NCBI GenBank assembly: GCA_031549145.1
Contig: JAVBQI010000051.1
Span: forward strand, 1,672-65,671
Length of the DNA stretch: 64,000 nucleotides
Origin: Thermoguttaceae bacterium
GTDB taxonomy: Bacteria > Planctomycetota > Planctomycetia > Pirellulales > Thermoguttaceae
Reading direction: 5' to 3'
Below, piece after piece: positions 8,399 through 15,922 of this stretch (the first letter of the stretch is position 1; every line of letters begins with the position of its first letter). A model generated the notes under the pieces. That model searched no databases and was not told where the DNA came from. It saw nothing but the letters and a program-made list of their open reading frames with translations. Made by a program: the position numbers and the translations under genes.

Positions 8399-8572
8399 TT
8401 ATTTCGCCGGAGCGGGCGCATCGGCCGGAGCCGTCGTGCCGCCAGCGGGCGGAGTGGTCGGAGCGGTCGGGGTCGTGGGAGTTGCCGGTTTTTTCGGTTC
8501 CGCCGGAGTGCAGCCGAGCGAGAAACAACCGAGACAGACGGCGACAAGAGCGAAGGCAATAATTTTTTTCAT
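8399..8572 (-). CDS. Small putative lipoprotein (57 aa), absent from ORF track
   Basis: Manual translation of the minus strand gives MKKIIAFALVAVCLGCFSLGCTPAEPKKPATPTTPTAPTTPPAGGTTAPADAPAPAK*. It has a signal peptide plus a lipobox-like LGC and a P/T/A-rich tail. GGTGA lies 5 nt upstream of the ATG. Confidence 0.45.
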   Translation of the reverse strand: MKKIIAFALVAVCLGCFSLGCTPAEPKKPATPTTPTAPTTPPAGGTTAPADAPAPAK

Positions 8573-8607
8573 TTTTTCACCAAATCATTATCGTTGAATT
8601 TCTTGCA

Positions 8608-8715
8608 CTCCGCGGAAAATTTGAACCGGAGCCTCGAACTCAACACTCGCGGTTTCGGGGGCTTTCGTCGCTTCGCTCAGGAAGCCCCTTGGCTCATTTT
8701 TTATGCGGAGCACAG
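8608..8715 (+). repeat. Repeat family B copy 2
   Basis: Near-identical to copy 1, with a few substitutions. Confidence 0.9.
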
Positions 8716-8908
8716 TCGTAAGAGACGGGCAACTCGACGAAAGTCGCCCGAAAAAAACGAAGATCGACACCGACCTTCGTTTTAATCATAGGGGGATTGA
8801 TTTTCGTTTTCAAGAGGCTGGACAGCTCAAAAACAAATTTCCCTCAATTTTCCGCGATTTCGATCGAGTTTTTGCAAAACCGCTCTCAAGGACAGTCGGT
8901 CGAAATGA

Positions 8909-8951
8909 TTTTATACCGTAGCCTACCGCCCCTACCGGCTACGGTATAAAA
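8909..8951. repeat. Perfect 15-bp hairpin with A/T flanks in the divergent spacer upstream of the spermidine-synthase-like gene
   Basis: TTTTATACCGTAGCC-TACCGCCCCTACC-GGCTACGGTATAAAA. Confidence 0.8.
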
Positions 8952-9019
8952 TGAGAGGGTAAGCTTTCACAATCTTTGGAAGATCAAAATATTCAAGCCT
9001 GTATCCAAAGGCTCTTGCA

Positions 9020-10609
9020 ATGAAACCATCCTCGAAAAACAAAAATACTTTCCAGGCCGAGACCGTCCCGAAAGCGGACGGCCCCGCTTCGCGGCCCCGA
9101 AAAATCAGCTTTTTCCGGCTCGGCCTTGTTTCCTTCGTTTGCGGGACAATGGTTATGGTCCTCGAAATGACCGGTTCGCGCATGCTCGCCCCGTATCTCG
9201 GAACCTCGATCATCGTCTGGACCAGCCTGATCGGAATCGTCCTCGCCAGTTTGAGTTTCGGCTACTGGTACGGCGGGATCTTCGCGGACAAGTACCCCGA
9301 TCCGCGCGTGCTCGGGAAAATCATTTTCGCGGCCGCGATCCTGATCGCCGTCGTCGGCGGCGGTTACACGTTCGTGCTCGGACCGCTTTCCTCGGGCAAG
9401 ACCAACCTTTACGTCTCCGCCGTTTCCGCCGCGATTTTGCTCTTCGCCGTGCCGGGAGCACTGCTGGGAATGGTCTCTCCCTTCGTCGCAAGGTTGGCAC
9501 TCGACGATCTCGGCTCAAGCGGAACGGTCGTCGGCCGGCTGTACGCCCTTTCCTCGATCGGCAGCATTTTGGGAACGTTTCTCGGCGGGTTCGTGCTCAT
9601 CACGCTTTTGAAAACGGGAACCATCCTTTTCCTGGTCGCGGCCGTCCTGCTCGGAGTCACCCTTTTGCTTCTCGATTATTCGAGACAACGCAGCAGCCTG
9701 ACGACGGCGATGGCCCTGATCCCGCTGTTTTTTTTCTGCGGCGGATTATACCAGGTTTACGGCAACAAACTTTTGCCGGTCGGTTATCATGAAGAAACGC
9801 CCTACAACCACATTCGCGTTTACGAATACGAAACCAACGGCGGAAAGGTTCGGGCTATGCAAACCGACCCGGGCGGGGCGGCCCAATCGTTCATGTTCGT
9901 CGATCATCCGACCGAGCTGGTCAGCCGATATGTCAAATACAACGAACTCGCCTTTTATTGGAAGCCGGACATCAAGCGAGTGCTGATTATCGGCGGCGGC
10001 GGGTACTGCATTCCGAAGAACCTTTTGGCGACCCGGCCCGAGGTCGAGATCGATGTCGTTGAAATCGATCCCGGCATCACGGCGATCGCGAAGCGGTTTT
10101 TCGCCTTGGAAGATAATCCCCGGCTGCACATTTATCACGAAGACGCGCGGCGGTTCCTGCGGCGAATGAAAACAGAGCAGGGGGAACGGAAATACGACCT
10201 CATTTTCGGGGACGCTTTCAATTCGGCGTACAACCTGCCGTTTCATTTGACGACGAAGGAGTACATGCAGGAGGTTTTCGAGCAACTCTCGGAGGACGGC
10301 ATTTTCATGACCAATATCATCGCTTCGACGGGCGGTCGGAAGCACCGGCTTTTCCGCGGATTTTATCAGGCGTTGGCCGAGGTGTTTCCGCAGGTCGAGG
10401 CGTTTTCGGTTCACGATCCGAACGAAGAGATCGAGACGCAAAATATCGTGCTACTCGGCAGCAAAAAGAAATTTTCGTTGGAGGTGTCGCCCGAGACGCC
10501 GCCGCAGGTCGCCGATTTCCTACAGCACCGTTACACCAAAAGCATTCCGAAGGACACACCGACGTTGACTGACGCGTTCGCCCCGGTCGAGATGTACGTT
10601 TTGGAATGA
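9020..10609 (+). CDS. Fused membrane domain / spermidine synthase-like aminopropyltransferase
   Basis: N-terminal multi-TM region of about 230 aa, then a SpeE-like domain (YNHIRVYE, VLIIGGGGYCIPK, DLIFGDAFNS). Confidence 0.85.
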   Translation: MKPSSKNKNTFQAETVPKADGPASRPRKISFFRLGLVSFVCGTMVMVLEMTGSRMLAPYLGTSIIVWTSLIGIVLASLSFGYWYGGIFADKYPDPRVLGKIIFAAAILIAVVGGGYTFVLGPLSSGKTNLYVSAVSAAILLFAVPGALLGMVSPFVARLALDDLGSSGTVVGRLYALSSIGSILGTFLGGFVLITLLKTGTILFLVAAVLLGVTLLLLDYSRQRSSLTTAMALIPLFFFCGGLYQVYGNKLLPVGYHEETPYNHIRVYEYETNGGKVRAMQTDPGGAAQSFMFVDHPTELVSRYVKYNELAFYWKPDIKRVLIIGGGGYCIPKNLLATRPEVEIDVVEIDPGITAIAKRFFALEDNPRLHIYHEDARRFLRRMKTEQGERKYDLIFGDAFNSAYNLPFHLTTKEYMQEVFEQLSEDGIFMTNIIASTGGRKHRLFRGFYQALAEVFPQVEAFSVHDPNEEIETQNIVLLGSKKKFSLEVSPETPPQVADFLQHRYTKSIPKDTPTLTDAFAPVEMYVLE

Positions 10610-10634
10610 CGGAGGTTTCGGGAAAAATGAATCA

Positions 10635-10685
10635 GAGCCGCGCCCGTAAGGAAGCGGTGGCCCGCCTCCTTACGGACGCGGCTCC
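10635..10685. repeat. Family D-related extended hairpin, 3' of the spermidine-synthase-like gene
   Basis: GAGCCGCGCCCGTAAGGAAGCGG-TGG-CCCGCCTCCTTACGGACGCGGCTC, starting 26 nt after the stop codon. No T-run follows. Confidence 0.8.
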
Positions 10686-10837
10686 GAACGAAAACGTTCA
10701 ATTTTTTCTGGAACTCAGTAACCCGTCGCTGATGCTTCTGGCTGTTGTTTATCGCATTCGACCTTGCAATCTTCGCGAGGCGAACGCCCCGGTCTTGTTA
10801 TTTTGCGTAAACGAGGTAGGATAAGCGTTCAAATTGT

Positions 10838-10912
10838 CGGGGCGTGGCGCAGCCTGGCTAGCGCGCCTGCTTTGGGAGCAGGAGGCCGCAGGTTCAAATC
10901 CTGTCGCCCCGA
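10838..10912 (+). tRNA. tRNA-Pro (anticodon TGG)
   Basis: Hand-folded cloverleaf: acceptor CGGGGCG/CGCCCCG, D stem GCGC/GCGC, anticodon stem CCTGC/GCAGG with loop TTTGGGA, T arm GCAGG-TTCAAAT-CCTGT, discriminator A. CCA is not encoded. Confidence 0.9.
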
Positions 10913-11028
10913 TTGGCGGAAAGCCTGAAAATACAATGCTTTGCGGCGTTTGGTAGTTTTCAATTTTGGTGACTGTGCTTGCCGGATAACCGCTGAAACA
11001 GCGGTTATTAGCGATAAAAGTATGCACC

Positions 11029-11480
11029 ATGCCCATTTTGAAAAATCGACCGCCCAAGTACCGAAAATCTGGAAAATACGCCGTTATTTATCTTTACGGC
11101 AAGAGAATTTACCTCGGACTGTACGGCACACCGGAATCCCACAAGGAATACGCCCGGATCATCGCCGAAAGTCAGTCCAACCCGACTTCCCTGCTTCCGA
11201 AGGAGGAAAAGCAAATTACCCTGGACGAAGTAGCGGCATTTGGGTGTACCAGCCCTACACGCACAAAACGGAGTATCGGAAGAAAAAGCGGATACTCGCT
11301 ATCGGTCCCCGTGCGCAGGCGATTCTCGCCCCGTACCTGGTCGAGAAGGTTGACGACGCGGAAGCGTTTCTCTTTTCCCCGAAGGATACCCAGCGGCTCC
11401 AAAAGGTCGAGAAACGGCGGAAGCGGAAATTTTTCAACAAACAGGGGCGTATCCAGCCGTCGCAAATCAATCGGGCGATT
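11029..11480 (+). pseudogene. Degraded tyrosine-type integrase remnant (frameshifted, internally deleted, lacks catalytic C-terminus)
   Basis: Frame of ORF 11029..11484 gives MPILKNRPPKYRKSGKYAVIYLYGKRIYLGLYGTPESHKEYARIIAE. After about 11238 the frame of ORF 10941..11549 continues WVYQPYTHKTEYRKKKRILAIGPRAQAILAPYLV...FLFSP. No HxxR...Y catalytic region follows. Lies 117 nt downstream of tRNA-Pro. Confidence 0.7.
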
Positions 11481-11883
11481 CTAAATCCTTCTCGATCGCC
11501 GCGAACCCGTGGGCGGGGATGTTCAAGCCGCTCGATTTGGCGGTGCTGAAAATCGCGTTCCTGAATGGGCAGCGCAACCCGATCATCGAGAACGGCGAAA
11601 TGAATTTCAACCTGCTGGGCATGGCGTGGCGTTGCTACTTCGATTTCGGCGTCGGCCTGCTCGACCCGAAGGCGGCCGTCTACTCTGACGGCTCGGTGGC
11701 GTAAAGTTTTTCGACGTCGAAGTGTTTGGGGTTCTCCTTCCCTTGGTGGCACTTCGATAACTGTCTGCTTGCTCCGATTATTCATTTCCGGAACAAGCGA
11801 AGACCGATCGGGGTCAAATTTTATTGCCTTGTCATATTGCTTAACTGAGCTAAACGGCGAAGAGTGGATCGTATCGGCAACAA

Positions 11884-12849
11884 TCACCGCGGCACGCCGG
11901 CGAGCCAAATGAAACCGGCCATGCTGAACACCGAAAGCAGCGTGCTGAGAAACATCGTCGACGCCATTTCCTGTTCCACAACCCGGTAATGCGCCGCCAG
12001 AATAATGACGGTCGCGCCGGTGGGAATCGCGAGGGCGATCAAACTGACGCTGCGTATCTCCGGGGCCGCTCCGGCCAGGATCATTCCAAGCCCGATCAGA
12101 CCGGGGAACGCGAAATTCTTCGCAATAACGTTAACGGCGATCGGCAGACTGAATCTCACCTTTTGCGAGATGAGAATGATGCCCGAGGAAAACAGGGCGA
12201 CCCCGCCGGTCACGCTGCCGAGCAGGGCCAGGGAGTCCCGCATCGGTTTCGCCGCGTGAAAACCGCACATGACCAGCAGGAAACCGGCTAACGGCAGCCA
12301 GACGACCGGCTCCTTGAGCGAGTGCAGCACCGGCGGTCCCCATTGCGTCTTCCAACTCTGAAGCGGTTGCTCGTCTTCGCGCGGGACGTCCGAGGCGAGC
12401 ATGACCATGGTGAACGGCGTTTGGATCAGGTTCATCAGGAAACCGCAGATGGCGATCGCCAGCGTGCTTTGCTCGCCGTACAGATTGCCCAGGACGGAGA
12501 TGCCGACGAACGAGACCGCCGGGCTGGCGATGGCCAGGGCTTGCAGGGCGGCCGCTCCGCGCGAACGGCGGAACAGAAAGCGGGATATCCCGAACACCGC
12601 GAAGTAGCCGCCGACCAGGGCGAGGAACAACCAGAAAAACAGCGGCAGGTTGGCGAACAGCGTTGCGCGCGAGATTCCCATCAGGCCGGTGAAAATCGCG
12701 AGCGGCAGCGCATAGAGCATCACCATCCGGTTCAGGACCAGGCTTTGCTCCGCCGTGAAATCCTTATGCCAACCGGCCACGAACCCGAGCGTGATCGTCA
12801 CGACACTCGGCAGCAGCGCATCGAGCAGTATTTCCATCATCTCTTTCAT
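11884..12849 (-). CDS. AEC (auxin efflux carrier) family transporter
   Basis: About 10 TM segments. N-terminus LLPSVVTITLGFVAGWHKDFTAEQSLVLNRMVMLYALPLAIF is typical of the AEC family. Confidence 0.8.
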   Translation of the reverse strand: MKEMMEILLDALLPSVVTITLGFVAGWHKDFTAEQSLVLNRMVMLYALPLAIFTGLMGISRATLFANLPLFFWLFLALVGGYFAVFGISRFLFRRSRGAAALQALAIASPAVSFVGISVLGNLYGEQSTLAIAICGFLMNLIQTPFTMVMLASDVPREDEQPLQSWKTQWGPPVLHSLKEPVVWLPLAGFLLVMCGFHAAKPMRDSLALLGSVTGGVALFSSGIILISQKVRFSLPIAVNVIAKNFAFPGLIGLGMILAGAAPEIRSVSLIALAIPTGATVIILAAHYRVVEQEMASTMFLSTLLSVFSMAGFIWLAGVPR

Positions 12850-12946
12850 ATTCCCGTTTGCGAGGCGCTTGATAGGATGATTCCATTTTAGGCGATTTCA
12901 GCGCTCGCGCCGAGTAGCGCAAAGATACGCACGAAAATCGGGATAC

Positions 12947-12968
12947 GAGCCGCGACCTGTGGTCGCGG
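12947..12968. repeat. Family D hairpin
   Basis: GAGCCGCGACCTGTGGTCGCGG. Confidence 0.85.
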
Positions 12969-13042
12969 TTGCGCTCACGGCGGGAAACGCATCTATTCGA
13001 GTGCCGGCAAACCGCCCCCACAGCGTGCAGCTTGCAGGCTCG

Positions 13043-14803
13043 TCAATAAACAAGAAGAACGCGGAGCAGAATCAGGGCGATCCCGAGCACGAGCAGCCCG
13101 AGCGAGGCGAACGTGATCCAGCAAGACCGGTCGGACACCGCGTCGATCTCGCCGGTCGCCGGATCGACGGTGAGCGGCGGCCAAGCCGATTCCGCGACGA
13201 ATGAGGCTTCCGGTTTTCGCTCATCGAGAAAAACGCGAACCATTTCGCCCGGTTGCACTGTGAGCCCTGCCGCCGGAATCGGTTCCCGTCCGGAAGCGAG
13301 CGGAACGAGCATCGTCCTGTGTTTGACCCTTTCGGCACGAAAACGTTCGAGCGGTGCCGTTTCGATCAGCCGGACGACATGCCGCCGCCGCGAGAAAGCG
13401 TAGCAGATCATCCCGCCGATCATGCCGGGGCCCAGCATGAGATAGACGCACGATAAGACGAATCCCGCCCACATGTCTCCATAAGAAGACGGGTCGTCGA
13501 GCGACAAGCTTTCCGGGTCGCTGCGGTACCGGAGCAGCGGCACCGCTTGGCCGACCTGAAAGCGGCCGGGCGGCAGCGAGGTCGGATTGCGGCAGCGGAT
13601 CGTCCGGCCGTCGGGCAGCGTCTGCTCCAGCGTGAGGAGATCACGGCCCGACGGGGCGGGATAGCCGTTGGGAGCGTTTCCCGTGCTGGAATCGGCAATT
13701 CCGAAGATCCGGCCGTTGCCCGCCTTTTCCCAGCGCAGCGGAAGAAAATGGTATCGGATGTCCGTTGTGCCGATCCAAAAAAGAATCCCCGCGAACGTCA
13801 TTACCGCGAACGCAAACATACAACAAAAAAGCGTAAAAATGCCCCATAACTCACCGGCGAACAGGATCGCGCGTTTCGCCTTTGCGGAAACGGTTCGCGG
13901 CGGCGGGCCGAACTCCGGCGGCATGATGCTTCGGACATCAATCGCGGCATCGGGCGCCAGTTCGTCCAAAAGACCGTTCAGGATATTTTCGTGCCGCCGC
14001 CGCATCCGGATTCGAACGAACATGTAGGCACCGAAGGTCACGGCGAGCACAGCTCCTATCATCGCGAACCAGATCGCGAAGCCGACTTTCGCGACCGGAA
14101 AAAACAAAGTGAGAACGACGATGACCGGGATGCAAAGCATCGTCGCCCAGACGACATTCGTTTCTTTCGTGGAAAAAAGGCGGCGGTGCAGCAGGACGAA
14201 CCGCAGCTTTCGTTGCAACCGGCGGAGCGGTTCGCGGTCGAGTTCTTCCGGCAGCAGTTCGAGCAGTTTCGTCAGGAACGGCAGCAGGGGGTCGTTTTCC
14301 GCATGAATCCATTCGACCTGTTCGTCGCCGTTGATTTCCGTCCGAACGGCGATGCGGCTCCACTGAAAACCGTATTTCGTCCGGAAGCCGCGAATCGACC
14401 GCCAGAGGAAGAAGACGCGGCGGTCTTTCGAACTGCGGAGCAGCAGCCCGTCGCGGAGCACGATCCAGCGGGACGGAAGGAACTGGTTACTCTTCGCGAT
14501 CGACGCGAACACCGCGGCGAGGGCGGCAAGTTCAAAGCCTATCACGGTCTCAAAGCCGTTGCCGGAGCAGGCGAAAAAGATTCCGAGGCCGATGAGAAAA
14601 AACATCATGCCCCAAAATACCCGAATGAGCCAACGGTAGAGCGCCAACCGGCAGAGCCGGGTCGATTCGGAGTATTTCCGCGGGCTGCCGATTTCGACCG
14701 AACGGCGACGTTGGAAGAAGAGCGGCAGGAGTTGTTGAAATATCGGTCGATATTCCCGATCCAGCCGCGGATCGGTCGTAGAGGAAGAGACAGTGTTACT
14801 CAT
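13043..14803 (-). CDS. Large polytopic membrane protein of unknown function
   Basis: 586-aa ORF with several hydrophobic segment pairs separated by soluble regions. No motif I can name with confidence. Antisense ORFs are Arg-rich and judged spurious. Confidence 0.6.
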   Translation of the reverse strand: MSNTVSSSTTDPRLDREYRPIFQQLLPLFFQRRRSVEIGSPRKYSESTRLCRLALYRWLIRVFWGMMFFLIGLGIFFACSGNGFETVIGFELAALAAVFASIAKSNQFLPSRWIVLRDGLLLRSSKDRRVFFLWRSIRGFRTKYGFQWSRIAVRTEINGDEQVEWIHAENDPLLPFLTKLLELLPEELDREPLRRLQRKLRFVLLHRRLFSTKETNVVWATMLCIPVIVVLTLFFPVAKVGFAIWFAMIGAVLAVTFGAYMFVRIRMRRRHENILNGLLDELAPDAAIDVRSIMPPEFGPPPRTVSAKAKRAILFAGELWGIFTLFCCMFAFAVMTFAGILFWIGTTDIRYHFLPLRWEKAGNGRIFGIADSSTGNAPNGYPAPSGRDLLTLEQTLPDGRTIRCRNPTSLPPGRFQVGQAVPLLRYRSDPESLSLDDPSSYGDMWAGFVLSCVYLMLGPGMIGGMICYAFSRRRHVVRLIETAPLERFRAERVKHRTMLVPLASGREPIPAAGLTVQPGEMVRVFLDERKPEASFVAESAWPPLTVDPATGEIDAVSDRSCWITFASLGLLVLGIALILLRVLLVY

Positions 14804-15185
14804 CCCAAATATCGTGAATTTTTTTTATGACGATTAGCGACCAACGGAAGTGGGTTACGACAGACGGAGCGGAGGCTCCTTTGCGATCCCATCGCGATGG
14901 GTTCATGATCGGCAATTCGGTCGGAGAATCGGCTCGGTCCTTGTTCTGCCGCCCAGTCTACCAGCCTGCCCTTGGGAAAGCAACGGAAGGCGGTCGAAGG
15001 ACACTCCCTCCCAGACGCGTTGGGCTCTGTTTTGATGGCTCTGATAAAGATAGGAACCCGTTTCCGCGAGTGTTTGACAAATTCCCATCATTGTCAAGAA
15101 AAGAAAAAAGGGCTGCAAATCTCGAATTTACAAGCCCTTACGAGAAGATACGGTTCCTTGCAATCAGAGCAAGGAACGGAAGAAA

Positions 15186-15257
15186 CTACCCGGCAAGGAC
15201 TTGAACCTTGAATGAGGGAACCAAAATCCCTAGTGTTGCCAATTACACTACCGGGTA
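15186..15257 (-). tRNA. tRNA-Gln (anticodon TTG)
   Basis: Reverse complement folds as acceptor TACCCGG/CCGGGTA (U1-A72), D stem GTGT/ACAC, anticodon stem AGGGA/TCCCT with loop TTTTGGT, T arm CAAGG-TTCAAGT-CCTTG, discriminator G. CCA is not encoded. Confidence 0.88.
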
Positions 15258-15376
15258 AACGTACACGGGAGCACATTCTAGCATCAAAACGCCGCTTGGC
15301 AAGGGGCGGGGACCGCTTCGGTCGACCCGCGAGACCCCGGATTCGTCGAGCCACTCCCATTTTCTCGCGGATACCC

Positions 15377-15799
15377 TCAAGCACTGTGTCCCGGCAAAAA
15401 CATCGCCCAGGCCCGCTCGAAAAAAATCAGTCCGCCGATAATCGCCGCCCCGAAAGAAAGGACCAAAATCGCCCCGCTCGCGATGTTCAAGGCCCTCGCG
15501 ATATGCGGATCGTATTGGGCCGTAACCGCCTTCGCCAGAGTCTCGATCGCCGTGTTGAGCATCTCCCCCGCGAGGACGGTCGTGATGCAAAGAATCAGGA
15601 TCGACCAACGCACCACGTCAAGGCCGAAAAAACAGCCGGCAAGAATCACCAGGGCGGTCGCGGTCAAATGAACCGTATAACTACTCTGCTGGTAAAGCGA
15701 TTGCCCCAGCCCCGCGAACGCATCGCGAAACTTATGTCGCCAGGTCCGGGGCGAGCGGATGTATTCGGAATGGGATTGAGACTGCTGCTCCGGTTGCAT
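15377..15799 (-). CDS. dgkA: Diacylglycerol kinase (prokaryotic DgkA family)
   Basis: ORF 15377..15901, ATG at 15799 preferred because upstream codons lie in heptamer palindrome H2. Three TM segments and GEMLNTAIETL / ASGAILV motifs. Confidence 0.85.
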   Translation of the reverse strand: MQPEQQSQSHSEYIRSPRTWRHKFRDAFAGLGQSLYQQSSYTVHLTATALVILAGCFFGLDVVRWSILILCITTVLAGEMLNTAIETLAKAVTAQYDPHIARALNIASGAILVLSFGAAIIGGLIFFERAWAMFLPGHSA

Positions 15800-15830
15800 G
15801 AAAAAATTCCTTCCGTTCCGTACGGAAAAT

Positions 15831-15918
15831 AGTGGGAAGTGGAAAGTGTGAAGTGGGGAGCGGGAAGCAAGATTCGAAACTCTCATCTTCCCACTTTCCA
15901 CTTCTCACTTCCCACTTG
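15831..15918. repeat. Heptamer palindrome H2: (GGGAAGT-like)n / (ACTTCCC-like)n
   Basis: AGTGGGAAGTGGAAAGTGTGAAGTGGGGAGCGGGAAGC...CTTCCCACTTTCCACTTCTCACTTCCCACT, between the autotransporter stop and the dgkA start. Confidence 0.9.
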
Positions 15919-15922
15919 CTTT

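Noticed and set aside
11255-11908. 217-aa minus-strand ORF and small plus-strand ORF 11519..11704 downstream of the integrase remnant, considered as possible island cargo genes.
   Set aside because: The composition is Arg-rich and motif-free. The C-terminal DGSV of the small ORF does not fit the H-x9-DG spacing of DUF1559-type proteins.
14936-15003. Hairpin with a GGGA (GNRA-type) loop, an ACCAG bulge and a downstream CGGAAGG, superficially like SRP (4.5S) RNA helix 8.
   Set aside because: The near-universal 5' AGG / 3' AGCA symmetric-loop nucleotides and the GUCCGGAAGGAAGCAGC block are absent. The CGGAAGG 7-mer cannot be placed in a GGAA tetraloop hairpin. No covariance model was run.
14827-15204. 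125-aa ORF in the spacer between the 586-aa membrane protein gene and tRNA-Gln.
   Set aside because: It uses many codons that are rare in the confident genes of this window (AGG, AGA, ATA, ACA, TCA), has no motif, and runs into the tRNA-Gln gene.
15831-15918. Tandem and inverted short repeats (heptamer arrays and hairpin families) considered as possible CRISPR arrays.
   Set aside because: The units are 7 nt with no unique spacers. The longer families are dispersed single copies rather than regularly spaced arrays. No cas genes are present in the window.
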